Shown: piece after piece, positions 39,144 to 49,520 of the stretch
How positions within the stretch are numbered: the first letter of the stretch is position 1
How the letters are laid out: each line of letters opens with the position of its first letter
Notes under the pieces: generated by a model
Database searches by the model: none
What the model was told of the DNA's origin: nothing
Seen by the model: the letters and a program-made list of their open reading frames with translations, nothing else
DNA from: Chloroflexota bacterium
Lineage (GTDB): Bacteria > Chloroflexota > Dormibacteria > CF-121
Assembly (NCBI GenBank): GCA_005881175.1
Contig: VBEN01000012.1
Location: forward strand, 12,667 to 76,666
DNA: 64,000 nucleotides
Reading direction: 5' to 3'
Program-made: the position numbers and the translations under genes

Positions 39144-40370
39144 TCACTCTCGGCGCGCAAGCACCCTGACGGGAATCTTCCCCGGTGGCTGGACAAGCCA
39201 GTGCTCTTTTCGGCGTTCGACAGACCAGCCGCCTTCATGAACCAGTCGATGATGCGGCCGGCAAAGCAAGGCGAGATTGGTGAGCGCCGTCTTGCCACCT
39301 TTTGTCCACCAGACGAGATGATGTCCATCGCACCAGACCGCGGGCCGCCCGCAGCCCGGCCAGACGCAGCGCCGGTCGCGCGCTTCGAGCGCCCGCCGCG
39401 TCGAGGCCGGTATGGTACGGCTGGCCTGATTGCGCTCGTGTTCGAGCTCGGTCCGGCCGGTCATTCGTATGAGTGCGGTATCGCACGCATAGCGCTGTAC
39501 GGTTTCCGCAGGCACCGTTCCGCCGGCTTCCAATTCGCCGGCGGGCGCGCCCGAGATTCCGGCCAGCGTGTCCAGGCTGGCGCGGATGATCAGCTGCGGT
39601 CGCGGGCCCGAGCTGTCGCCCGTGCTGCCGGACCGCTGGCGGCAGAGTTCGACGAGCGCATCGGCACCGCGCTGCCCGTAGCTGCGATCGTCATTCTTGA
39701 CCGGCTTCATCAGTTCAGCCAGCGCCGTGCGCACGGTTGCGCCACCCTCCGCATCGAGCAAGCCGTCCAGCCGGATGACGCCGTCCTGCGGCTCTCCGAT
39801 GTGCAGGTAGCGGCGCTGGTAAGCGCGGTTCGCCTCCGCCAGCGCGCCCGCGGCATCGACGCGATGTTCGAAGTTCTTGGCCACCGTCGTGAACTGGCCG
39901 GGGTCCATCGTTAGCGCCGCCTTGAGGAGGATGCGCTCTTCGGTTCGCACGGCTGCCGTGCCAACGTTCTCAGCGGTCCGAGCAATGACCGCGACGTGCT
40001 GGTAGCCCAGGTCGCCCCGCGCAAACGCTTCTTCGGTCTTTGGCAGGCGCTCGAGCTGTCTGCCGATTTCAACTCGCTCGGCGGCAGCGCCTCCCGACAG
40101 CTTGCATTTCCATTTCAGCCAGGCAGTGACGCTCAGCGCGCCGTCGGCAGCGTATTCGCCGGACCTGTCAAAGCGGCGCACCCCGGTGGCGAACGCTGCT
40201 TCTAACGGATCAACGCCGGCCTCCCGGATCAATATCAGCAGCTCGCCAAGCCGGGGGCCCTCGGCTTCCTGAACGCAAGCGGCAATGCACCTCACGGCAG
40301 CCTCGAGCTGCAGCGCGGCGGCCCGCACCCGGCTGTTTCTCAGCTCCATAACGCTGCCTGATGCGGCCAT
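39144..40370 (-). CDS. DUF222 + HNH endonuclease protein (REP13E12-like selfish element gene)
   Basis: C-terminal HNH: CVWPGCGRPAVWCDGHHLVWWTKGGKTALTNLALLCRPHHRLVH; N-terminal DUF222-like helical region; 408 aa. Confidence 0.85.
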   Translation of the reverse strand: MAASGSVMELRNSRVRAAALQLEAAVRCIAACVQEAEGPRLGELLILIREAGVDPLEAAFATGVRRFDRSGEYAADGALSVTAWLKWKCKLSGGAAAERVEIGRQLERLPKTEEAFARGDLGYQHVAVIARTAENVGTAAVRTEERILLKAALTMDPGQFTTVAKNFEHRVDAAGALAEANRAYQRRYLHIGEPQDGVIRLDGLLDAEGGATVRTALAELMKPVKNDDRSYGQRGADALVELCRQRSGSTGDSSGPRPQLIIRASLDTLAGISGAPAGELEAGGTVPAETVQRYACDTALIRMTGRTELEHERNQASRTIPASTRRALEARDRRCVWPGCGRPAVWCDGHHLVWWTKGGKTALTNLALLCRPHHRLVHEGGWSVERRKEHWLVQPPGKIPVRVLARRE

Positions 40371-40392
40371 GCTTCGATGATGAACGCCGGTT

Positions 40393-40484
40393 TTGACAGC
40401 TGCCTGTCAATAACCTATTGATGTGCTCGCTTCGCGCTCAGACAAAAACGCAAATGGGTCCGGACCTCGACAGACAGCTGTCAA
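40393..40484. promoter_or_regulatory. Cluster of palindromic sites upstream of the HNH gene
   Basis: TTGACAG-CTGC-CTGTCAA (40393-40410), TCAATA-ACC-TATTGA (40407-40421) and GACAG-CTGTCAA (40473-40484) share half-site CTGTCAA; lie 23-115 nt upstream of the HNH start. Confidence 0.3.
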
Positions 40485-40572
40485 AGTGGGCTGCTAGCCT
40501 CGACCCATGGCTACCTGCCCGGATTGTCAGTCAAGTCCGGCGGCGTACATGTGCGTCGGCTGAGGGCTCGAG

Positions 40573-40962
40573 TCAGCCGGCCTTCCCGGCGTCCTTCAGC
40601 CAGGGCAGCGCGACGCCGAGCGGCCCAACCAGGACCGCGAAAGGATCCGAGGCAAGCCGCCGCCGCGCCGCGAGAGCAGTCGCGGCATCACCCGCGGCCC
40701 ACCAGGTGGGACTGTGCGGCGGATCTCCGGCGCGCTGGGCGGCGCTCTCGAAGATCTCGCGGTAGGATTCGGCACCGAGCGCTTCGCGTGCTGCTTCGCG
40801 CGCTTGCTCGATCTGGTCGCTGGCCTGAAGCCAGGCTTGCTGCTGCCGCTTGCTGATCAGGGCTCTCGCGGGATCGCTGAGCCCGAGCAGTCCCTGGTAG
40901 AAGCGATCGACCAGGGATCCGCTCGTCGCCGAATCACTTTCTTTGACAAAGGCCCCGCTCAT
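40573..40962 (-). CDS. Hypothetical protein (129 aa) coupled downstream of lon
   Basis: ORF starts 11 nt after the lon stop on the same strand; no recognisable domain. Confidence 0.4.
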   Translation of the reverse strand: MSGAFVKESDSATSGSLVDRFYQGLLGLSDPARALISKRQQQAWLQASDQIEQAREAAREALGAESYREIFESAAQRAGDPPHSPTWWAAGDAATALAARRRLASDPFAVLVGPLGVALPWLKDAGKAG

Positions 40963-40972
40963 GACAGCGCCG

Positions 40973-43245
40973 TTAGGCGGCCTGGGTCAGCGGTACGGTC
41001 TTTGCGTCCAGGGCCCAGTCGAGCACCTGGCGAACGTCGCTGGCCAGATGGATCGTCATCGCGTCCCGGACGCTCTGCGGCAGGTCATCGAGATCCGCCT
41101 CGTTGCGCTGGGGCAGGATCACCTCAGTCAGCCCGGCACGGTGAGCCGCCAGCAGCTTCTGCTTGACTCCGCCGATCGGCAAGACCTTACCCTGCAGGGT
41201 CACCTCGCCGGTCATGCCCACGCTACTGCGCACCGGCCGCCCGCTGAAGAGGCTGACCAGCGCCGTCACCATGGTGACGCCGGCGGAGGGTCCGTCCTTC
41301 GGGATGGCGCCCGCCGGCACGTGGACGTGGATCGCCTTCTCTTCGAAGCCCGGCGCGATGCCCAGTTCGGTCATGTGCGACCGCACATACGAGAGGCCGA
41401 TCTGTGCGGACTCTTTCATGACGTCACCCAGTTGCCCGGTTAATGTCAGGCCTTTCTGCCCGTCCATGGCGGCGGCCTCGATAAAGAGGACTTCTCCGCC
41501 GATGCCCGTCACGGCCAGCCCGGTAGCAACGCCGGGCACCTCGGTCCGTTCGGCCACCTCCGGATGGAACTTCGCACGCCCCAGGTAGTCGCGAACGTCC
41601 TTACCGTCGATCTGAACGGGGGCGGTCAGCTGCCCGCTCTCGATACGGGTTGCGGCCTTGCGAAGCAGGCGCCCCAGCTCGCGCTCGAGGTTGCGGACGC
41701 CGGCCTCACCGGTGTGGTCGACGATGATCCGGCGCAGCGCCTCATCGCTGACGGTCACCTCTTCCGGCGTGAGGCCGTTGCGGTCGAGCTGCCGCCGAAG
41801 CAGGTGATCCCTCGCGATGGCCAGTTTCTCCTCCTCGGTGTAGCCGTCGAGCCGGATGATCTCCATCCGGTCGAGCAGCGGCGCCGGAATGGTGTCGGCG
41901 ACATTCGCCGTCGGGATGAACAGGACTTCGGAAAGATCCAGATCGACCTCGAGATAGTGATCCCGGAACGAGTGGTTCTGCGCTGGGTCCAGCACTTCGA
42001 GCAACGCCGACGAGGGATCGCCCCGCCAGTCGCTGCCGACCTTGTCGATCTCGTCGAGCATGATCACCGGGTTGCGGGTGCCGGCTTCCTTGAGGGCACG
42101 GGCGATCCGGCCCGGGAGCGCGCCAACGTAGGTTCGCCGGTGTCCACGGATCTCAGCTTCATCGTGGATGCCGCCAAGAGAAATTCTCGTGAACTTGCGT
42201 CCCAGGGCGCGCGCTACCGACTCACCAAGCGACGTCTTGCCGACGCCTGGTGGTCCGACCAGCGTGATGATGGCACCGGAGCCCCGGCCGCCGATCACCT
42301 GGAGGCCGCGCGAGTCTCGCCGCTTCCGCACGGCGAGGAACTCGATGATTCGATCTTTGACGTCCTCGAGTCCGGTATGGTCCTGGTCGAGCACCCGGCG
42401 AGCCTCCACTACGTCGAACTGGTCGACGGTCCGCTTGTTCCATGGGATGTCGAGCATCCAATCGAGGTAGTTCCGTATCCAGCCGGCCTCCGGGTTCTGC
42501 TCGCTGGTCCGCTCGAACCGGTCGAGCTCGCGCTCGACTTCCTTACGGACGGCGTCGGGCATGCCGGCGTCTTCAATTCTCTTGCGATATTCGGCGGCGA
42601 CGTCGCCGTCGCCTTCGCCGAGTTCCTTCTTGATCGCTTCGAGTTGCTGGCGCAGCAGGAACTCGCGCTGCCGCTTCTCCATGCCTTCCTGGACTTCGCT
42701 ACGGATCTTGTCCTTGAGCGAGGCATCGGCGAGAATCTCGCGGGTCCAGGCGATCAACTTCTTGAGCCGCGCCTCAACGTCGAGCGTCTCCAGGATCTCG
42801 ACCTTGCGCTCCAGCGAAAGGTCCGGAGAGTAGCCCGCCAGGTCGGCGAGCTGGGTCGGACGGTCGATGCCGCGCACCATCTGGATGACCTCGCCTGCGC
42901 CGCGCAGCTCGAGCAGGTTCTCGATCAGGGCCTTGTACTCGCGGGCCAGGACATGCGACGTCTCGGATAGGGCGTTGACATCGCTGGCCGGCTGGGCCAG
43001 CACGCGCAGTGCCGGGCCGGTTCCGGCAGCCGCACTGCCAACGGCGGCCCGGTGCACGTGCCAATGCTGGCATAGCGGCCTTCGACTCGGGGAACGAGCA
43101 GAACGAGGCGGTCTCCTTCTTTCGCGGCGGCGACGGCGGCCTGCGCCTCCTCGCGCTCAAGCGGGATGGTGACCACCATATTCGGCAGGACGACTCCGTT
43201 GTTGAGGGGCAGAAGTGGGATGAATTCGGTTTTTAGTTCAGGCAT
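40973..43245 (-). CDS. lon: ATP-dependent Lon protease; N-terminal ~63 codons are in a different frame from the rest (apparent frameshift near 43050-43065)
   Basis: 43245-43060: MPELKTEFIPLLPLNNGVVLPNMVVTIPLEREE... (Lon N-domain); from 43057 in another frame: ...QREFLLRQQLEAIKKELGE, AAA+ Walker A GPPGVGKTS, and protease serine site PKDGPSAG. Confidence 0.85.
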
Positions 43246-43331
43246 TTGTTGCTTCTCCTTGATGCTCTCGACAGGGACAACCTGCGAGACGTTAGGTTTA
43301 TGCCCAATTTGGCCGGCGCCAAACGATGCGG

Positions 43332-43949
43332 TCAGCCCCCAGGGGAAGGCCCGGTCGGGTCCGCCAGCGAGCCGATCACGTCGTCGATGGCGGCGGCGAC
43401 GAGCTCGGGGGACTGCGTCCCGTCGATCAGCCTGAGCTTGCTCTGCCGGCGATAGTGATCGATCAATGGCGCCGTCTGGTCGAGGAAGACGTCGATCCGG
43501 TGGGCAATGACATCCGGGCGATCATCGCTGCGCTGGTCGACCTCGGCCCGGTGGCTGAGTCGCTCGAGCAGGGACTCCCGGTCGACCTGTAGATACAGGA
43601 CGGCGTCGAGCGGCCGCCCCAGCTCCACAAGCAGAGCATCCAGCGCCTCGGCCTGGCGGACCGTTCGGGGGAACCCGTCGAGGATGAATCCGCGCCGCGT
43701 GTCCGGCTCGGAGAGGCGATGCCGGATGATGTCGATCACCAGGCTGTCCGGCGCCAGCTCGCCGCGGTCCAGATACGCCTTCACCTGAACGCCGAGCGGC
43801 GTGCCGGCCTCGACCTGCGCCCGCAGGATGTCACCGGTCGCGATCGCCGGGATCCGGTATTTCTCCGCCAGCCTGGCTGCCTGGGTCCCCTTGCCAGACC
43901 CTGGCGGACCGAGGAGCACAAGATCGAGGAGCACGCTCAATACCTGCAT
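43332..43949 (-). CDS. adk: Adenylate kinase
   Basis: LLGPPGSGKGTQA P-loop, ...GFILDGFPRT...; possible GTG start about 9 codons downstream of the track start. Confidence 0.85.
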   Translation of the reverse strand: MQVLSVLLDLVLLGPPGSGKGTQAARLAEKYRIPAIATGDILRAQVEAGTPLGVQVKAYLDRGELAPDSLVIDIIRHRLSEPDTRRGFILDGFPRTVRQAEALDALLVELGRPLDAVLYLQVDRESLLERLSHRAEVDQRSDDRPDVIAHRIDVFLDQTAPLIDHYRRQSKLRLIDGTQSPELVAAAIDDVIGSLADPTGPSPGG

Positions 43950-44674
43950 GGAAAGCCGATCGCCTCGTTGTACGCGGCAGCCACCTGCTCCTGGCTGATG
44001 TAGCCATCGTGGGCCATCTGAGCGAGGACATTGAACTGGCGGGCCCGCGCCGAACAGGGATTCCGGTAGAGGTCGTAAAACGAGGGCGCCTGGGGCAGGC
44101 CGGCGAGCATCGACGCGCGGGCCAGGTCCAGCTGGTCGGTTCTCATGTGGAAATAGACGTCGGCGGCCTGGCCGATACCGTAGGCGCCATGTCCGTAGTA
44201 GACGGCATTGAGATAGCTCTCGAGGATCGTGTGCTTGTCGAAGCGGGCTTCGAGCTTGAGGGCCAGCAGCAGATCCTCCGGCTTTCGCCAGCCGTCGTCG
44301 TCATTGTCCATGTAGAGGAGTTTGATCAGCTGCTGGGTCAGGGTGCTGCCACCTTCGAGCGCCCGATGGTGGTAGAGGTCGGTCAGGAGCGCTCGGATCA
44401 ACCCCTGGGTGTCCATCCCGCGGTGCTGGTAAAAGCGCTCGTCTTCGATGGCGATCAGGGCTTCACTCAGCTGATCGGGGACCTGGGTCAGGGGCACGCG
44501 GTCACCACCGTGCTCCTTCAGGATGGCATCCACCCGCTTCGGCATATCGTCGATCGGTGGTGTAATGATCAGCCCGGCAACCACGGCAATCCCGAACAGT
44601 GCCGGGAGGCCCAGCGTGAGGGCGACGATCACGGCGATCACCTGCTGCCGCCGCGTCCGCCGGGGGCCCCGCAT
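43937..44674 (-). CDS. Monofunctional peptidoglycan glycosyltransferase (GT51, MtgA-like)
   Basis: N-terminal TM segment; GT51 motifs EDERFYQHRG, GGSTLTQQLIK, and RKxxE-like RKPEDLLLALKLE. Confidence 0.75.
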   Translation of the reverse strand: MRGPRRTRRQQVIAVIVALTLGLPALFGIAVVAGLIITPPIDDMPKRVDAILKEHGGDRVPLTQVPDQLSEALIAIEDERFYQHRGMDTQGLIRALLTDLYHHRALEGGSTLTQQLIKLLYMDNDDDGWRKPEDLLLALKLEARFDKHTILESYLNAVYYGHGAYGIGQAADVYFHMRTDQLDLARASMLAGLPQAPSFYDLYRNPCSARARQFNVLAQMAHDGYISQEQVAAAYNEAIGFPCRY

Positions 44675-44713
44675 TGCGGATGAATTCTAAGGAGACCGCA
44701 GTAAAATGATCTC

Positions 44714-45622
44714 GTGGACGAACTGACCCCTACCGTGGGCGACCGCCGGGGAACCTGGAAAGTCAAAGCGGGGCTGGCCGAGATGCTCAAAGGGGGCGTC
44801 ATCATGGATGTCGTCACCCCCGAGCAGGCCAAGATCGCCGAGGATGCCGGGGCGGTGGCGGTCATGGCGCTGGAGCGGGTTCCGGCGGACATCCGGCGCG
44901 AGGGTGGGGTGGCGCGGATGAGCGATCCCGGCCTGATCGCGGCCATCATCGATGCGGTGACCATCCCGGTGATGGCCAAGTGCCGCATCGGGCATTTCGT
45001 CGAGGCGCAAATCCTGGAATCGCTCGGCGTCGACTACATCGACGAGAGTGAGGTGCTGACCCCGGCCGACGAGGAGCATCACATCAACAAGCATATTTTT
45101 AAGATCCCGTTCGTCTGTGGGTGCCGAGACCTGGGCGAAGCCCTGCGTCGCATCGCCGAGGGTGCGGCGATGATTCGGACCAAGGGCGAGGCCGGGACCG
45201 GAAACGTCGTCGAAGCCGTCCGCCACATGCGGGCTGTGACCAGCGCCATCCGCAAGCTCCATGGCGCGGGTCCCGAGGAGCTGGTGATGGAGGCCAAGCG
45301 AATCGGTGCGCCGGCGGATCTGCTCGAAGAGAGCGCTCGCCTGGGGCGGCTGCCGGTCGTCAATTTCGCCGCCGGGGGCCTCGCGACTCCGGCTGACGCC
45401 GCGCTCATGATGCAGCTGGGCTGCGATGGGATCTTCGTCGGCTCGGGCATCTTCAAAGCAGAGAATCCGGCCGCCCGCGCCAAGGCCATCGTGGCGGCGA
45501 CCACGTACTTCGATCGGCCGGACATCCTTGCCGACGCGTCCAAGAGCCTCGGCAAGGCGATGCGGGGGTTGGAGATCGGGGCGATTCCCCAGGAGGAGCT
45601 GCTCGCCGGCAGAGGCTGGTGA
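44714..45622 (+). CDS. pdxS: Pyridoxal 5'-phosphate synthase, lyase subunit
   Basis: KGGVIMDVV...[20 protein letters not shown]...GGVARM is the canonical PdxS sequence. Confidence 0.9.
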   Translation: MDELTPTVGDRRGTWKVKAGLAEMLKGGVIMDVVTPEQAKIAEDAGAVAVMALERVPADIRREGGVARMSDPGLIAAIIDAVTIPVMAKCRIGHFVEAQILESLGVDYIDESEVLTPADEEHHINKHIFKIPFVCGCRDLGEALRRIAEGAAMIRTKGEAGTGNVVEAVRHMRAVTSAIRKLHGAGPEELVMEAKRIGAPADLLEESARLGRLPVVNFAAGGLATPADAALMMQLGCDGIFVGSGIFKAENPAARAKAIVAATTYFDRPDILADASKSLGKAMRGLEIGAIPQEELLAGRGW

Positions 45623-45658
45623 AAGCCCCGGGGCGTCGCCCCGCGCGAGTGGCGCGCA

Positions 45659-46258
45659 GTGCCAAACGAGCGCTTGAGACGTAAGCGCGTCGGCGTCCTT
45701 GCGCTGCAGGGGGATTTTCGAGAGCACCTGGCGGCGCTGCGCGCCTGCGAGGTCGAAGGCGTTCCCATCCGGCTGGCTGCCGACCTGGACGCGGTCGATG
45801 CCCTGATCCTGCCGGGCGGCGAGAGCACGACCATGGCGCGACTGTTGGAACCCGGGCTAGCGGGGTCCATCCAGCGCCGCAGCGCGGCGGGGATGCCGGT
45901 GTTGGGCACCTGCGCCGGGATGATCTTGATGGCCCGAAAAATCCACGGCGGCCGGGCAGACCAGGAGCCGCTGAAGCTGATCGATATCTCGGTGCGTCGC
46001 AACGCGTACGGGCGCCAGATCGACAGCTTCGAGGCGGAGGTGGAATCCCGCGCCATCGGTGGCACTGCCCCGGCGGTCTTCATCCGCGCGCCGCAGGTGA
46101 CCGAGCGGGCGCCGGACGTTCAGGAGCTGGCCAACCACGGTGGCCAGACGGTAGCGGTGAAGCAGGGCAACCGGCTGGCGCTCGCCTTCCATCCCGAGCT
46201 CACGCCGGACCGGCGCTGGCATCAGTACTTCCTGTCGCTCAACGGTGATCATCGATGA
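45659..46258 (+). CDS. pdxT: Pyridoxal 5'-phosphate synthase, glutaminase subunit
   Basis: VGVLALQGDFREH...LILPGGESTT...GTCAGMIL class I GATase triad. Confidence 0.85.
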   Translation: MPNERLRRKRVGVLALQGDFREHLAALRACEVEGVPIRLAADLDAVDALILPGGESTTMARLLEPGLAGSIQRRSAAGMPVLGTCAGMILMARKIHGGRADQEPLKLIDISVRRNAYGRQIDSFEAEVESRAIGGTAPAVFIRAPQVTERAPDVQELANHGGQTVAVKQGNRLALAFHPELTPDRRWHQYFLSLNGDHR

Positions 46259-47262
46259 GCCAGCATGTGCGCCCGGCGCAGCTGAAGGACCTGGGCGCCA
46301 TCGAAGCGCTCTACCGCCAGCAGGCTCGTGAGGCCGAACGACCGCCGCTGAAGCGACAGTTCGCCTCGACGCGGCTCTGGTTCTTGCTGAACAATACCTT
46401 CGCCTCGATCCTGCCCATCACGTCGGCGGCCGACCACGTCTACGTGATGGAGGACGGCCGTCACCGCACGATCCATGGTTTCGTCCAGGCCGAAAACGCC
46501 GCCCTCGGTTCGCATGTCTGGCAGATTCTCAACCTGTGTCTGAGCCCCGATCTGGACCGGTTTCAGGATGGCACCGCCCTGCTCGACCACCTCTTCAACG
46601 AGGGCTTGAAGCGGGGCGTGACCAAGTTCATCGTGCGGGTGCCGGTCGGTGATCCGATCGCCGACCTCTTCAAGGCCCGCGGATTCAGCGCGTACGCGAC
46701 CGAGCACGCCCTGCTCAAGGAAAGCCTTGACCCGCGCCAGGCGCCCGCGGTGCCGGGATGGCGGCCGATGCGGCGCGAGGATGAGCTCGGCCTCTACCTT
46801 CTATATGTTGCGACCACCCCGAAGTCGGTGGCAGCGGTGGAGGCCGCCAACTTCGCCGAGTGGCGGCGGAGCTTTCAACCAGGCTCCTTCAGCGCCCGCA
46901 TTCCCCGCCGCGCCGGCCAGCCGCGGTTCGTCGTCGAGCGTGTTCAGGTGGTGGGCTGGATGAGTCTCGTCACGGGCGGCGGTGGCCGGCCGCACAGCCT
47001 CGGCCTGATGGCCGCGCCCCAACCCGCCGATCTGTGGACGTTGCTCGTTCAGCGTAGCCTTGCCTACGTTGCCGAGCATCAGCCCGGTCCGGTCTGGTGC
47101 AGCCTCCGTCATTACGATGAAGCCGGGATTCGGTTGCTGCAGAAGGAAGGCTTCGAGGTGATTGCCTCACAAATGTTGATGGTCAGGGAGCTTCCGCTGA
47201 AGGTTCCCGCCCGGATGCGGGTAAGAATCAAGGACAAGCGGCTGGTACCACAATATGGCTGA
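46255..47262 (+). CDS. Hypothetical protein with two GNAT-like halves (no clear acetyl-CoA motif)
   Basis: ATGA overlaps with both neighbours (pdxT and the R3H ATPase gene); two segments with GNAT-fold-like patterns; assignment weak. Confidence 0.35.
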   Translation: MSQHVRPAQLKDLGAIEALYRQQAREAERPPLKRQFASTRLWFLLNNTFASILPITSAADHVYVMEDGRHRTIHGFVQAENAALGSHVWQILNLCLSPDLDRFQDGTALLDHLFNEGLKRGVTKFIVRVPVGDPIADLFKARGFSAYATEHALLKESLDPRQAPAVPGWRPMRREDELGLYLLYVATTPKSVAAVEAANFAEWRRSFQPGSFSARIPRRAGQPRFVVERVQVVGWMSLVTGGGGRPHSLGLMAAPQPADLWTLLVQRSLAYVAEHQPGPVWCSLRHYDEAGIRLLQKEGFEVIASQMLMVRELPLKVPARMRVRIKDKRLVPQYG

Positions 47263-48823
47263 CGCACTGCACGAACTGAGGCGATCGCACAATGGCTTGA
47301 CGGACGCGGATCCGGCCGAGCTCGACCAGCTCTTCCAGGCGCTGCCCCCCCACATCAACCGGGCGGTCAAGCGGCTCGATCATCAGGGTCTGCTGCTGGA
47401 GGTGGTGCTCGACCTCGGACGCGAGCCGGAAGCCCGCTTTCCCGACCACGAGGTAATCCTTGACGACACCCCCGTCACGCTCGAGGACCTCGAATTCGTT
47501 TCCACCCGGGTGGGCTCGTTCGGTGATGACAACCGCGCCGGGATCGAACGTACGCTGCATCGGATCTCGGCGATACGAAATCGCTCGGGGCAGATCGTGG
47601 GCGTCACCTGCCGCGTCGGCCGGGCCATCACCGGCACGATCGACATCATCAAGGACATGGTCATCGGCGGCAAGAGCATCCTGCTGTTGGGTCGCCCGGG
47701 GATCGGCAAGACGACGATGCTGCGTGAGTGCGCCCGCGTGCTGGCCGACGAGATGAAAAAGCGTGTCGTAATCGTCGATACCTCGAATGAGATCGGCGGT
47801 GATGGAGACATCCCGCATCCGGGAATCGGTCGCTCGCGACGGATGCAGGTCAGAACGCCGCCGCTGCAGCACTCTGTGATGATCGAAGCCGTCGAAAACC
47901 ATATGCCCCAGGTGATCGTCATTGACGAGATCGGTACCGAGCTGGAGGCGGCGGCCGCCCGCACCATCGCTGAGCGGGGCGTGCAGCTGGTGGCGACGGC
48001 GCACGGCAATTCACTTGAGAATTTGCTGGTCAACCCGACCCTCAACGATCTGCTGGGGGGCATCCAGACCGTCACCCTTTCGGATGAAGAGGCACGCCGC
48101 CGCGGCACCCAGAAGTCGGTGCTGGAACGCAAGTCGCCACCCACATTCGATGTCCTGGTTGAAATTCACGACCGCGATCGTCTGGCCATCCATCAGCCTC
48201 TGGCCGAGGTGGTCGATGCCGCGCTGCGGGGCAGCCTGAAGCCACCCCAGATGCGGATCCGCGGCGCCGATGGAGCGATCGTCGCCCGCCTGGCGGAGAC
48301 GGCGCCGATGCGGACCGCCGCCGTGCGGGAACCGTTGGAAGCTCCGCGATCGCGCAGCCTGCACGAGACGGTCTCGGTCTTTCCCTACGGCGTCAGCCGG
48401 AACTACCTGGAACAGGCGATCAGTGAGTTGCACGTCCCCATCCGGGTCCAGAACCACATCGAAGAGGCTGACCTGATCGTCACTCTCAAGAACTACTATC
48501 GCCGGAAGGATTCGCCGTTGAAAGAGGCGGAGGCCGACGGCATCCCGATCCAGGTGTTGAAAAGCAATACCATCACACAGATCAAGAACGCGCTCAGCCG
48601 GATGTACCAGCTGGACACTCCCGATCCGACCGAGTCGGCCTTGCAGGAAACGCTGGAAGGGATCAGCCGAGCCAAGTCGACGAACTCGATGGTCGAACTC
48701 TCCCCCCAGAACGCCTACGTCCGCCGGCTGCAGCACCAGCTGGTGGAGCGCCACGAGCTGACGGCTCGCAGTACCGGAAAAGAGCCCAACCGGCGACTGC
48801 GCATTTATACGACGGCCGACTGA
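47255..48823 (+). CDS. AAA-type ATPase with R3H domain (Ycf45 / SpoIIIAA-like)
   Basis: Walker A LLLGRPGIGKTTML, Walker B VIVIDEIG, C-terminal R3H-like region. Confidence 0.7.
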   Translation: MADALHELRRSHNGLTDADPAELDQLFQALPPHINRAVKRLDHQGLLLEVVLDLGREPEARFPDHEVILDDTPVTLEDLEFVSTRVGSFGDDNRAGIERTLHRISAIRNRSGQIVGVTCRVGRAITGTIDIIKDMVIGGKSILLLGRPGIGKTTMLRECARVLADEMKKRVVIVDTSNEIGGDGDIPHPGIGRSRRMQVRTPPLQHSVMIEAVENHMPQVIVIDEIGTELEAAAARTIAERGVQLVATAHGNSLENLLVNPTLNDLLGGIQTVTLSDEEARRRGTQKSVLERKSPPTFDVLVEIHDRDRLAIHQPLAEVVDAALRGSLKPPQMRIRGADGAIVARLAETAPMRTAAVREPLEAPRSRSLHETVSVFPYGVSRNYLEQAISELHVPIRVQNHIEEADLIVTLKNYYRRKDSPLKEAEADGIPIQVLKSNTITQIKNALSRMYQLDTPDPTESALQETLEGISRAKSTNSMVELSPQNAYVRRLQHQLVERHELTARSTGKEPNRRLRIYTTAD

Positions 48824-48833
48824 ACTCGCTATA

Positions 48834-49520
48834 GTGCACGCAAAACCGATGGATGCCCCGGGGAAGGCAGGCGGGTTCTTCATCACCCTCGAGGGGCCCG
48901 AGGGCGGCGGGAAGTCGACGCAGATCCATCGCCTGGCGGCGTCCCTTGCCGAGGAAGGCCATGTGGTTTGGACAACTCGTGAGCCTGGCGGTACGCGCGT
49001 CGGTGAGATGATCCGGCCGCTCTTACTGGGACCGCGGCAGAGTCGGCTCGCGCCCTGGACGGAGGCGCTGCTCTTCACGGCTGCGCGGGCCGAGCTGGTC
49101 AATGAAGTGATCCGACCGCGCTTGCAACGTGGCGAAATTGTGCTCTGCGATCGGTTCAGTGATTCAACCCTTGCCTATCAGGGTTACGGCCGAGGCTTGA
49201 ATCTCGAGAGCCTCCGCCGGCTGCAGAAGGAAGCCACCGGAAGTCTCACTCCGGATCTCACCCTGCTGCTGAACCTCCCCGTGGAGGCAGGGCTGGCGCG
49301 AATTCCACGGAGCGCGCAGGACCGGCTCGACCGAGAGACCAAGGCCTTCCATCAGCGGGTGCACGCCGGTTACGAGCAGATGGCGGCAGAGGACCCGCGA
49401 CGTTGGCGAGAAGTCGATGCCTCCGCCGACCCCGACGAGGTCGCCCGACGGGTCCTTGAGCAGGCCTCGAGCGCGCTCCGCCAGGCCGGTGTGCAGCCAG
49501 CGCAGCGGCGATCCGCATGA
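48834..49520 (+). CDS. tmk: Thymidylate kinase
   Basis: FITLEGPEGGGKSTQ P-loop, DRF motif (CDRFSDS), lid region. Confidence 0.85.
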   Translation: MHAKPMDAPGKAGGFFITLEGPEGGGKSTQIHRLAASLAEEGHVVWTTREPGGTRVGEMIRPLLLGPRQSRLAPWTEALLFTAARAELVNEVIRPRLQRGEIVLCDRFSDSTLAYQGYGRGLNLESLRRLQKEATGSLTPDLTLLLNLPVEAGLARIPRSAQDRLDRETKAFHQRVHAGYEQMAAEDPRRWREVDASADPDEVARRVLEQASSALRQAGVQPAQRRSA

